64,000 nucleotides of DNA from Botryllus schlosseri. Lineage: Eukaryota. Numbering within the stretch: position 1 is the stretch's first letter; every line of letters begins with the position of its first letter. A program made the position numbers and the translations under genes. The notes beneath the pieces are model-generated. The model saw nothing but the letters and a program-made list of their open reading frames with translations. It made no database searches and was not told where the DNA came from. Shown here in pieces: positions 50,417 to 62,700 of this stretch. The DNA is taken from NCBI GenBank assembly GCA_051294905.1, contig CM119378.1, positions 24,490,001-24,554,000 on the forward strand. The letters run 5' to 3'.

Positions 50417-51988
50417 CAGGCGTTCTCAACCCGCGGCCCGCGGGCCGCATGCGGCCCGCAGACGTATATTTTGCGGCCCGCGACATCTTTCATTATAAAC
50501 GCAATTACCAATGACACGGTATTGTCACAAATTAACTTAGATACTTAGCTCTTTTATCGTTATGTTTCGTTTGATTACTCATTCTTGAAGACAGTGGTTC
50601 TCAAACTGGAGGGCGCCCCCCCCCCCTTTGGTGCGTGAAAGCATCTGAAGGGGGTGCGAAGCTTCGGTCAACAGAAAAAAATTTTCGCACCGCGCGCAAT
50701 TTATCCCCAATTCATAGTTATTTCTCTGTGAATAGTCCGAATTTCATATTTGAGAATTCTCTAATCAACGGTCATAACCTTCCATGCCATCAAACTAGCC
50801 GTTTGTATTGCTAGCATTCTGGTTGCATTTTATTATATGACGATAAGGGGGCACGGAATTTTTCCCTATCAAAAAGGGGGGGCGGGGGGGGTGTCTAAAA
50901 AAAGTTTGAGAACCACTGCTTCAATGTGTTCTCGTTTCTTGATATATGCTCGACTTCAGGTTGTTATTGTTTTGAATCGGTATTCGGCTGGACTCTGGTT
51001 CAAGAGAATCCAGATACGTAGTAGGCCTACACTTTTAAAGAGTGATTGACTCAATGCGAACGGTTGTTGAGATTGCCGACGACGCTACAGACGTATCGTT
51101 TAAAATTGCTTCGAATATCTCTAAGCCCGAGAAATCTGATATAGAAGGTGTGATTTCAATAAAAACCGTAACATACTTTGCGAATATTTGCTGTTTCCGG
51201 AACTTTGCAGCAAGGACAACATCACCTGACAAATTTCGAAGATACAGTCGTCTGATTCATTCGTGACCAGACGAGTAACATCAATATCAATCAATCTTTT
51301 ATAGCATGTTCTGAAACACGTTGCCGCGTTAACCCAGCCTTGGACGAATCCACCGACATTGCATAACTAATTATCTGGTTGAATTTTATCAGAGTGGACA
51401 CTGGACATATATGCAGAGGAAATGCTGGCTGGGCAAACGTGCGGAGGGGACCAACGAAAAACATCAACTTGACAAATTTGACTTCTGTAACTATTGGTGC
51501 AGGGACCCAGGCATGGACGGAAAGGAGAAGGGTTTATTGGTTAGCTCAAAAATGGCCACAAACACCAGACTTCTTCTCATATCACTCAGAGCTTAATGTG
51601 ATAATGGCCTCTGTAACGCAAAAGTTATCGTAATTTTATACTTGCTCGCCCACGCATTGGAACAGAGAGTTCGGCTCACTGGTGGAATTATTTGAAGTTG
51701 CACATACCGACTTGGCAACGAATGTAATGCACGCTCCATGAAGGGATTTATATGCGCCGCTAGAAGATACATATTCTCACAAGCAGCAGCTGCAAACTTA
51801 CGAACGCTGTCCATTAATACTTTAAATGCATAGAAATGTACTAAATGCCCGTATACGACTGGTAAATAGGCTGCAATAGCCTAAATTTGATAGTCGCCCA
51901 TAAATACAAGGTAATATTGTTCTGCGGCCCGCAGCGCCTTTTGCTGTTAAAATGCGGCCCGTTATACAAGGGAAGTTGAGAACCCCTG
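50417..51988 (+). mobile_element. Buster/Charlie-type hAT deletion derivative
   Basis: TIR CAGGCGTTCTCAAC/GTTGAGAACCCCTG. Perfect TSD ATGTAACC. Remnants GQTCGGD..LTSVTIG..PGMDGKEKGL at ~51420-51540. Confidence 0.92.
50592..50918 (+). mobile_element. Nested hAT MITE (CAGTGGTTCTCAAAC family), copy 3
   Basis: Perfect TIR CAGTGGTTCTCAAACT/AGTTTGAGAACCACTG. Degenerate TSD cttgaaga/cttcaatg. Confidence 0.9.
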
Positions 51989-54587
51989 ATGTAACCAATG
52001 GAACAATGAACGTAAAAGGTTGCTACTTGGGTGCCAGTTTGCGTGTGAGTTGTCGGGTGAGGTTCGTGTGCATTGAACATTGGAGAAAGAGGTGTAAAAC
52101 TAGTTCTCATGGCTCATTGGTGTATTGTAATTCCTTCACCACTAGGAAGAACTTGCCAGGAGAGTCACCCACAGCTTTTGCTGCGGCCCTGCGAAGTCTA
52201 GCCCATAACGCGTATCCTCAAATGTCTGACCAAGTTTGTGAGCAGATGGTAATTCAGCAGTTTTGCCATGGTTTCTCAGACCCCCATGTGTGCGTGCTTT
52301 ACAGGATTCGAGCAATTTGGACGACCTCATTAAAGTTGCAGAGGTTTACGAAGGCGCTTTTTCAAGTAAAGTAGACCAGGGCAAGGTGGTCAAGTCTTTG
52401 AACAAAACTGATGATGGTTATGACTCTGATGGAAATTGTATGTCTAGTAGTGGAGTGTGTTCTGGTGTTTCTGATCTTCGCAAAGACTTGGAAACTTTCT
52501 TTGGAGGTTAAGAAACTGGTAAAATCGATGGAATCTGCCTCAGTTAACTATTCAAAACCAGAACGTCGTGTAATGCCGAAATGCTATCGGTGCGGTGATC
52601 CGTATCATTTGCTACGTAATTGTCCAGTTCCTGTTTGCGCAAGGTGCCGTGTGGCTGGCTGGTCACGGTGGCCGAGCAATGTCAATTCTAGTATCGTGCT
52701 CCGAACCAGATGTATGGCCCTGTGTTTAACCAAAATGTTCCTGCTCAACCGACCCATCAAGCTGTAAACCGATAGTAGCGGATCATTGGTCCAGTGATAA
52801 CGCGAATGAGACCAGTGCTATAGACCAATCATTGGATAGGATGTTAGAACATGATTCTCTGGTTTTTCGTTAGCTTTATCAACTAATTGGTTTGCGATGG
52901 TGAGTGTGAATGGTTTTTCGATCAAGTTTCTTATTGACACGGGTAGTGCGATTACAGTTATCGATATTTCTGTGTGGGATGGTATGCCTAACAAAGGTGA
53001 GCTGTTTCCGTATGAGAAGTCGTATAAAGTTGCCAATGGTGGATGGCTGAACGTGTTAGGTAGGTGTGAGGTGCAGATGTGCATTGAGTCTGTGTGTGTC
53101 GTCAAGGAAGTGGTTGTTGCGGAGCACGGCGCCGCTGTTGGGATTTTGGGTTATTATTTCAAAGAGTATTGATTGTGTATTGTATGAAAGAGACTGGAAG
53201 TGTTGGGACAAAGGGTCAATCTTGAAGCGTCCACTCCATCAGTACCCCGCTGTAGAATCTTTTTGGATAGTTATGTAGCTATGTCCGGGTACAGTGAGAG
53301 GATAATATTTGGTAAACTTAATGAGAGTTGGCCCCAGTTGGGTGGAATTGCAGTTAATTTTGAACCTTCGGGCAATTTCATGAGTAAATATGAGTCGAGG
53401 GGTCTGTATTTGGTCCCTGGATTGGTAGACCCAGAACTGGATAGGATACCCTTGCTGTTGGTTAATTCTGGCGGCGAGGACATTATTTTGGCAGCTGCCT
53501 TGTTACTGGGAGTTTTGTGTCCGCAAGAGGGTCAAGCCTGTGGAATTTTGCTGTCCCACATTTGTTCAGGATGTCCCTCATCATTCTGAATCCCTACCTG
53601 AGCATATGGAGTGTCTGGGAGATGATGTGGAAGGTCTCTCTGATTCCAAACTATAATCATTGCGGAACCTGATTGAATTTCAGGATGTTTTCTGTGGCCC
53701 AGATGGTCGCTTGTGTCGTACTTCTGTGATCAAGCACAATATTGTAACTTCCTCGTCTAAACCAATCAAAGTACCTTCGCGACGATTAGGCTGGGCCATC
53801 CGAAACATAATGGATGTTTCGGAGATTGATAAGATGCTTGATCAGGATGTTATTGAGCAATCGGACTCCCCATATAATACACCATTGTTGTTGGTACCTA
53901 AGAAAGATGGGTCATCTCGTGTTGTTTTGGATTTTCGAAAAGTGAACGAAGTTACAGTGAAAGATGCCTATAGTCTGCCAAGGATTGATGACATTTTGGA
54001 CTCGCTCGGTAATTCCACTTGGTTTTCTGTTTTCGATTTAGCCAGTGGTTTGAAAAGGATCGCCACAAAACTGCTTTCAGCCTTCCTGGGAGAGACCACT
54101 ACCAATTCATGGTTGTGGCTTTTGGATTGGCCAACTCACCACCTTGTTTCAAAGATTGAAGGAAAAAGTTCTTGCTGGTATTTTATACAAGAAAGCTCTG
54201 GTGCCATACTCCATATTCTGTGTAAATTTTGGTTTTTTTAAATAATTCCTTGGGCCCAAATCGGGGGGGGGGATTTTGAAATTGAACTCTTGTCATGTAG
54301 GAAAGTCTTTCTCTTCAAGGAATGCTTATGAACTCCACACAATGATTTACTTAGTTGTCTATGAACCCCTAGACCCTAGAACACGCCTGATTCTGGTATT
54401 GAGCCAAGTTTGATCAAGATTTGAGACCATTTGATACCAAAATTGCCTTCCGCAGATAAACCATACCAGTAAAAACTAAAAAGCCGAGTAAATCAACTTT
54501 GAAAATTTAAAATTGTATTCATGAAAAATTAGAACAGGTATTCGAAATGCGATGCTTTTCCAGTCATCAGACATGTTTGAATTAGGA

Positions 54588-55272
54588 CAGGGGTGGCCAA
54601 CCTTTTGAGCCAAAGGGCCGCCTTTGATTGACGAACTATTGCGCGGGCCACTACCCGCGGGAAGCGCGAAAATTGTTGGAAGTTCATAGGTCAATAATAT
54701 TGTCACTTGACTATATTGCGAGCCAGCTGTATATCGCTGGGCTCAGTTTGCAAGGAATGGACTATTCGGCGCCTGGACATATCGATATCAAAAGCTTCGT
54801 CCAACATGCGTCAATAATTTTTTGCCTATGTTTCATAGTCGCAAGGTCGTATATGTTGAACGACACTTCGTCTCGTAATCGCAAATATAGTTAGATTCAA
54901 TCTGATACATTCGGCGTTCTTTAATTTTCAGAAAGGGGTAACAATATTAAAAGCAACAAGTCGAGTGACAAAATGTTGCGTGAAGCGTGCAGAAAATTTT
55001 TACTTTTGATAAATCTATCGCAAATTATTCTGCTTTATTGTAGGTTACGAAGATCCACCAAAATGTGACTTGACTGGCTCATGGATCTGCCAATGCGTCG
55101 GAACTGATATTTTGTCATCACATCTCAAGTGTTGCGGCCAGACTAATCAAATTTTTGGTTAGCTTGCAAGTTCACAATCTGTGCAATCCAGTTTTGATAA
55201 TATTACTAATTTCGGAAATTACCTCGCGGGCCACTCAAAACCTTCTCGCGGGCCACGGGTTGGCCGGCTCTG
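54588..55272 (-). mobile_element. Buster/Charlie-type hAT MITE with no nested insert
   Basis: TIR CAGGGGTGGCCAACC/GGTTGGCCGGCTCTG. Perfect TSD AATTAGGA. CGCGGGCC motifs. Confidence 0.9.
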
Positions 55273-55680
55273 AATTAGGATATAGCCAAATTTGACAGAG
55301 ATTGAACATCTTTAAATGCATAATAATTGATATGAAGTATGACTAGTTTCACAGTTCTCCACTCAAGAACTGCTATTCAAAATGTGAAATTTTTTGAAAT
55401 CGTGAATTGGACAAGCATAAGATCAGAGATTTTATATAGAACAGTTGAAATGACATATTTTAATCCCTGTGACACTGTCAAGATTCACCGGAGTTGTTAT
55501 GAGTGAACATATTATGGCCACCACTGGATATCTTCAAATATACAATTTCTACCACCAAATTCATGCCACAAACAAAGCATGGTGGAATAACGGTACATGG
55601 GAGAGCCCAGAGTCAAGAATGAAGTACCGATATGAATAAAATTTCCCTGCAGTGTGAGTAGTGTCGTCCTTCTTTTCAAA

Positions 55681-55826
55681 CTCTCTTTCCTTACATATAT
55701 TTTCTAATTTCCTTCGTTTTCGATTACGGGTTGTGTCAATTTGGGCGTCAGATACTCTCTTTCCTTACATATATTTTCTAATTTCCTTCGTTTTCGATTA
55801 CAGGTTGTGTCAATTTGGGCGTCAGA
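55681..55826 (+). repeat. ~73-bp tandem duplication
   Basis: ctctttccttacatatattttctaatttccttcgttttcgattac.ggttgtgtcaatttgggcgtcaga occurs twice. Confidence 0.95.
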
Positions 55827-56350
55827 ATTCGAATCGCGTTGTCGCGTTGTCTCTTAAGTGCTGCATCCCTGACCCCACCGATTCTGACACCTCGAAAAGA
55901 CATGTTGCACCGTTATTCCATCTTATCACTGCAAGAGCAACCGCGAACTCCAAGTAATCTTTTCCAACGAAAGTCTCCTTTGAGCATCGCTTCCAAACCG
56001 TGCTATAGAGGCACTCGTTAGCATTCTGCGTTTGCAAGGTCATGCACTTCAAAAGAAGTTCAATACTGGCAAGGTACTTGAAGACTGGTTTGGCGGCTTC
56101 TTACATTTTAGCTGTCAGCGGATACTTTCCACTCGGAAGTGCAATGGGATCGGCAGCACCTTCAAGTTTAGCCTTCAAGTAGAAGCATCACTTTGCATCA
56201 CAATTATCGTGCATCGGTTGTTCTGGAGTGTATAACTATTGTGCATCAGTATTGCCCATACTCTCTTTGATGCTTCATGCGCATCTGGTGCACCGTTTAC
56301 TATGGCGTTGTGATAATATTGGCTCCACTTTTTTATTCGGGGTCGGCTCA
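55820..56350 (-). pseudogene. Kolobok-like DDE transposase C-terminal remnant
   Basis: YYHNAI...VWAILMH..P.HDNC...AKPVFKYLASIELLLKCMTLQTQNANECLYSTVWKRCSK..AVIRWNNG, the TQNxNE family pattern. The superfamily assignment is from memory. Confidence 0.65.
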
Positions 56351-56739
56351 ATTTGCGGGCTCCTCCTATGCTATGTTATTTTTGTTTTTCAGTCTCGACA
56401 AGTTTGGTTAGTCTATAGAAAACTAACCTTAGATAACTAACCTACGGATAGATACCTAACACCCGTCGTCACGCTTGCTTGCCCGAAGGAAATTACTGCT
56501 CAGCGATCTGAACGCAGCATAATTGCTAATCCCATAGCTGACGACCCGCGCGCCTAAATTCAATAAAGTTGGTCTTATTTGAAAGCTAATGTCGTACTGA
56601 TTCCGAAAATATACATTAAAATCTCATCAGTGCAATGAAACCCTCTTGAAATACACCTCAAAGTCTGAAAATCGGCATTGTTCGGAACAATCGCAGCGAC
56701 GCATCGCAATGACCATAACAATGTTCCTTGCGTGAGAAC

Positions 56740-58010
56740 TCCTATTGGTATAGACCTGAAAGTTGAAACCGACCACAAACCACTAGTGCCCCCGCTCTCA
56801 ACGAAATCGTTCGACGATTGAAACCGACCACAAACCACTAGTGCCCCTGCTCTCAACGAAATCGTTCGACGAACTACCTGTCAGAATTCAAAGATTCAAG
56901 ATCAGGTTGATGTCCTATAACTTTATAAGTTTTTCACGCGCCTAGAAAGTCGACGTACAGAGCAGACGCGCTATCACGATGCCCTTTGCCGACAACGGAT
57001 AGCATCGAAGATGCTCTTCACAAGGAAGCGGGAGCATGTGCGCGTGCTCTGCTTTATTAGTTATCAACTGTGAAAATTGCTCCTGTCCTGGGTGGCTCGT
57101 ATCTGAAGACTTTGTCATATCGAGCCTTCCGTCTACCTTGCATGTCGCATTTCACTGTTACATTTTTGTAGTGTAATGTTGATATGTAATGTATCCGAAT
57201 AAAGATTCTCTCTCTCTGTGTCTGGTAAGCGGGCCGTCTGCTACGCCTGGAAGAAATAAAGAACGCTCTGAAAGAAGACAAGACACTGTCGACTTATGAC
57301 ATATGTTGTCGGAGGATGGCCAAAGAACAAAGAAACTTTAAATGGGCCGTTACTTATCTTCTGGAATCTCAGGGACGTGTTAACAGTGCATGACAATCTC
57401 TTGCTAAAAAGCAACAGACTCGTCATACCACCGCCGTTGCGCGAAGATGTTCTGAAACACCTTCACCAATCGCGCCTTGGAATAACCAGGACCAGAAAAC
57501 TTGCAGCTGAAGCTTGCTGGTTGGCGGGTTATTCAAAAGACATTGAACATGCAGTACTCAACTGCATCCGCTGCGAAAGCATCGACGAGATCGAACTGAA
57601 CCAATGATGGGACCGAATTTCCGAAACGCCCATGGGCTAGTAGTGCTGCTGATGTTTTTCAACTGGAGGACAAGTAGTACTTTTTGTTCATGGATTACTA
57701 CTCCGGTGACATAGAACTGTTCTCCGTGAAGAAAACGATCTCGTCACGGGACACAATTTCTTACTTCAAGAACGTGTTCTCTCATTATGGTATCTGCGAT
57801 GTTTTACTTACGGACAATGCTTCAGTCTTCGTTTCCTCTGAATTTTCCAAGTTCTCCAGATCCTGGAATTTTCAGCACCTCAGCTCTTCTCCGAAATATA
57901 GCCAGGGCAATGGCTTCATCGAGAGAGGAGTGCAACTATAAAGGGCCTGCTCAAGAAAACAGATGATCTCTGTCTGACGTTACTGAGCTATAGGAACTTG
58001 CCCTGACACA
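56740..58010 (+). mobile_element. Ty3/Gypsy pol remnant (RNase H end, integrase zinc finger and core)
   Basis: VETDHKPLVP..RIQRFK..ADALSRCP. RLVIPPPLREDVLKHLHQSRLG..C..C. DYYS..LTDNA..FVSSEF..SSPKYSQGNGFIERGV. ~62-bp tandem duplication at 56757-56871. Confidence 0.88.
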
Positions 58011-58032
58011 GCAGGTGCTCGCCAGAGTAGGG

Positions 58033-58215
58033 GTTAAACCCACTCAGAGGCCAGACGCCAAACGCCGAGCGGCGGTCAAATGTCTGTACGGTGTTTGGCG
58101 TCTGTTATGTTCAGACGCCGAGTAGCTATACGGCGTTTGGCGTCTGTTATGTTGAGACACCGATTAGCTATACGTCGTTTGGCGTCTGGTATCTCGGTAA
58201 ACTGAGCAGAGGCTA
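58033..58215. mobile_element. Short palindromic MITE-like repeat
   Basis: ccagacgccaaacg/cgtttggcgtctgg inverted repeat. Internal ~43-bp tandem units. ttaa at the left end. Confidence 0.55.
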
Positions 58216-58272
58216 AATCCTTTCATGGCGCGACTATGTGATATCTAAGATTGCATATTGTTGAATTTTTGT

Positions 58273-58646
58273 CAGGGTTGCAATGAATCGAGTCATGACT
58301 CGACTCACAATTTTTTTGATGACTCGAGTCATTTTCTTGAAAAGGGATTTACTCATTGTATGACTTATTCAAGAATGGTATATCAGGACTGATAAATGAA
58401 AAATAGGCCCAAACCTGCCTTTTATCTGTTACAATAACCATGTTTAGAATGGAAAAAATAAACATCAAAATTATCCGAGGCCTTCGATATCGCCCCCGCG
58501 AGTTCCACAGAAGTGATCTGAACTTGAACTCGATGGGGAACAGTAAACACCATGACTTGACTCGTTGGGGATTGCTCGGACTTGACTCGCCGGTGAATTG
58601 AAAACGACTCGACTTCTTCAAACCTAGTGACTTGGTTACAACCCTG
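58273..58646. mobile_element. hAT-like MITE (gactcgagtc family)
   Basis: TIR CAGGGTTGCAA/TTACAACCCTG. No clear TSD. Confidence 0.7.
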
Positions 58647-58942
58647 TCTGTCACCACCCCATATTTGTACACTCGCAATGAATTTCAGACCCAATTCTGC
58701 AGATACAGGATGTAATGAAACTGCAATACCACAATATGAAATAGCCAACGGAACCACAGCAGAAGGCAATGAAACCACGGTAAAAGTCATTAAGAAATGA
58801 GCAGTGGAATCATAGTAAAAGTCACAAAGAAATAAGCAAGCAGTGAAACCACAGTAACAGTCAGAGAAATATGCAATCAAACCACAGTAAATACATTGAT
58901 AAATTAGCAGTGGAACCACAGTAAACGACGTTTAGAAATAAT

Positions 58943-59671
58943 TCACACCACAGCACATATCATGCAATAAAAATCATCATCAGGATCAGGTATCTGCTGT
59001 CCCGGGCAACAGTCCTCGTGTGTCCATCGACCACAGCTGTCACACGCAACCTGGAGACGAGTTAGAATCAATATACCTGACAAATGTAATCTCGTAATTG
59101 CATACCCATTTCATGTCTTTTTTTTGGGTGGTCTCGACTACTGCATTTAATGCAATAATCTTCCAATTCTTTCTCATCTGCAGGAAAAACATGCAACGTA
59201 TTTAATATGGTTTTCATCTGACATGGACCAACATACCCGTCGCATCAAGCAAGATTTGACTAAACTGCTGGCGGTAGCTTTCGCAAGCTCGTCGAGAATG
59301 ATCAAAATCAAGGTTGTCATATGGGATTGATGATCCAGTGGTCAAGTAGAATTTGGCGGCCTATTAACTGAAAGTTTGCAAATCAATTTTCTCAAATCTT
59401 AATACATGAACGCATCACAAACCTTCAACGCAAGGACTCCACAATTAAATCCGTCATTTTGAACACCGGTCCTTATTAATCCTGTATATCTCGCAACTGA
59501 TTCTCTTCTTGAGTACGTTCGTATAAATTCGCTGGATTAATACAGAAATGAAATATGTCTCTTGAATACGACCTCATCGACTTACTCAAACCGTTGCAAG
59601 ACATTCCCATAGCGATCCTCGCAGCCCATTGGATCGTATAGTAGAACCATATCTGATTCAACGTCAGATAT
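58943..59671 (-). CDS. 3' exons of a Ulp1/C48-type cysteine protease + PHD finger gene (possibly frameshifted)
   Basis: Exons 59671-59586, 59531-59423, 59360-59237, 59177-59106 and 59050-58943, with GT-AG introns of 54-62 bp. Protease motifs LLYDPMG and QNDGFNCGVLALK. PHD CIKC..W|VACDSCGRWTHEDC..FYCMIC; this reading needs one base fewer in an A8 run. Confidence 0.75.
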
Positions 59672-59732
59672 CTGAAAGAGTATATAGGCCTACACACAGT
59701 ACACTAATACAGAATATATTGACGAGACAGAA

Positions 59733-62700
59733 TGTGATGAACCAGACCAATGAACGTATGGTAGGCTTTTATTAACAATATCCCGACTAGCGCCGACACC
59801 ATAAACTAGCGATCCACACTAGGTAAAGTCAGATGCAGAAATGAATGATTACTACGCTGGCAGCACCATGATCGTTCGTGGGGCATGACAGCGCTCACGT
59901 GATACGCTATAGCGAATCCGGCAAAACACGTCAATCTCCCCCTCTGAAAATTACGGTGACATATCACAATCAAATGCAACGTGAAATACTAAATATAGCA
60001 CTGCAAAATTGTTCAACTCAGTAATGAAATCTGTCCGGCGCCATTCTGATACGAGTTGAACGTCTTAACGGCACCTCAGGGGGTTCAGATGCCGGCAGTT
60101 CTTCAGCAGTTTCGACGTTCGACCCGCTGCCCGTCTCCATCTCGACATTGATGTCATCAGTAGCGTCATCATCAGCGCCATTACTCGTAGTTTCAATAGG
60201 AGTTGTATCGACGGTCTCCGACTCCGACGGGTATCGAGCCAAATCTTTATTCGATACGGTTGTTTGTCGCCCGTCTGGATATTGGATCAACGAGTATTGA
60301 GGGTTGGCTTCGATGAGTTCAACTGGCTCGCAGATAGGTTCATCTTTTCGTCGGACATGTCGTCGCATTAGCACAGTTCCACCGTCCAAGAGCCAATCAG
60401 GCATAGATGTGCCCATGCTTGATTTACGAGGAAACTTGAATAACCTGGAATGCGGAGTCTCGTTAGTAGCGGTACATAACAACGAACGAATTGAGTGCGT
60501 CGGGAAGTACTTTTTCCCAACTGCTTTCGGGCAGCCCGCGAGAAGCAAGCATGAGCTTGATTGTACGCCAGATTGTCTGGTTTACGCGCTCGCATTGGGG
60601 GTTACCATTCGGGTGGTATGGCGTGGTTCGACTCGTCGCGATCCCTTTCTCCTTCAGAAATTGTGACACTTCGTTTCCAATGAAAGACTGTGATCGGTCA
60701 CTGTGGACGTATTCGGGAAGTCCCATTATGCTGAATAGCGACACAAATTGTGAAATCACGGTTGACGCTCGCATATCAGAACAAGGAAATACAAAAGGAA
60801 AACGACTATACTCATCAACCATGATGAGAAGGTACTGCCTTTTCCCGTCCACAGGTCCCTTGAAATCCACGCTCAATCTTTCCCAAGGTCTGGTCGCTTT
60901 GATCAACGGCGTGGCCGGAGGTTTGTAGAATTTCGGCTTTATCTGAGCGCACTCTTTACAGCGGTTGCATTGTCTCTTCACTTCTTCGACTGAAAAAGGA
61001 AGATTTTTCGAACGTACGAAATGCATTAGTCTGCGAATCCCAGGGTGACCCAAAGAGACGTGAAGTTCTTCCAAACTCAGGCCATAATCACTAGTAGCCA
61101 AACATAGTCTGGTGAAGGCATCAGCTGCTGCATTTTCCAAACCTGGTCTATGTTCGATATCGTAGGTATATTCACTCAACTCCAATCGCCACAAAGCCAA
61201 CTTGGTGTTTTTGATCTTACTCTTGTGCTGCTTGTCAAATATAAATGAAAGAGCTTGTTGGTCGGTTATTATTTTGAATCGTCTACCGTGTAGTAAATAA
61301 CCCCATTTTCTCACCGCCCCGATAATAGCACACGCTTCTTTTTCCACGGCCGGATACTTCGCCTCGGACTTGATGAGAGTTCGTGAAAGGAAGGCTACCG
61401 GTCTTCCACGCTGGCTCAGGATAGCAGCTATGGTGGTATCAGAAGCATCGGTCTCGACGGAGAATGGTTCCTCGTCCAAAATGCAACCTAAACAAGCGCG
61501 ACGGAGACAGCTCTTCAACTTATCGAAGGCTTCGACAGCCAATCCTTCAAGAGGAAAATTTTCGTTATGGAACAAAGGTTTCGCAATCTCGGAATCCACT
61601 TAGAATAGTATGCAAAGAGGCCTAGGCAGCTCTTTAAAGCTTTGGCACTCTTCGGAGGAGACAGTTCCATTAGCGGCTTCAAATGCTCAGGATCAGGCAT
61701 GATCTCACCTCTTCTTATTCGATGTCCAAGGAGCTTTAGCTCTTCTACAGAAAATGTCGATTTCTCAGAGTTGATCGTCAGATTGGCGGACTTAGCTGCT
61801 GACATGAAGGACTTCAAACGTTCGTCATGTTCCTTCTGATCCTTGCCGTAGATGGTAATATCGTCCAAATATGCGACTGCTCCTTCAAGCGCATTCTTTT
61901 CGATGAACGAATCGATAAATCTCTGAAAAGCACTAACCCCGTTAGTGACGCCAGAGGGCAACCTACGAAACTGATAAAGTGACCCGCAGGCCTCGAATGC
62001 AGTGAATGGCCTGTCAGCTCGTTCTAACGGAACCTGATGGTACGCCGACTTCAAGTCGATAGAGCTGAACACTTTGCCTTTAGCGACCTCGTTCACGACA
62101 TCTGCAATCTTCGGCAATGGGTACGCATCTAGAAAGGTAAATTGATTAATCGTTTGAGAATAATCAATGACAAGGCGCTGCTTTTGACGTCGTCCACCAG
62201 TGACTAGCACCTGTGCTCTCCACGGGGAGTTGGAATCCTCGATTATCCTTTCATCTTTCAATCGAGATCCTTTCATCTTTCAATCGAGATATCTCCTTCT
62301 TGATGAACTCCCGATCCGGAGCACTATACGATCTAGATGGAGTTGCGATAGGTTTACACGACCCATCGAGAAATTGAAATATTCTTGGCGGGGTGCCCAC
62401 TTTTGCTGCAGTCAAGTTGCAAGTGTGTTCCTCGTCTCGTCCAGGAATAACAAGGGGATTCAAGGGTCCCCCTAATTCAAATATAACTTTACGGTGCTTT
62501 TTCATAAATGATTGGCCCAAGACCACATCAGCGCATAAGTACTCGATAACACCGAACACCACATCGGAATCCGCCCGTTCAGCTCAAACGACAGATATAG
62601 CATTCCGTGAACAGTTGATCGCTTTCCTTTATCTGCTAACTTGATGCTCTTCTTTTTACCAAACCATTTGAGTTTCAGCTCCCGCGCTATCTCAAGACTC

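Larger units (their letters stand above)
49360..54170 (+). mobile_element. Degenerate Ty3/Gypsy (gag split by hAT; CCHC, protease, RT truncated)
   Basis: gag rejoins across the TSD as FLEEYLCHFEFTASCN|QWNNER/KGCYLGASL. PGESPTAFAAALRSLA. CYRCGDPYHLLRNC. Protease FLIDTGSAITVI. RT SPYNTPLLLVPKKDG..DFRKVN..DAYSLPRIDDIL..FDLASG. 33-bp and ~168-bp tandem repeats at 49843-50320. Confidence 0.88.
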
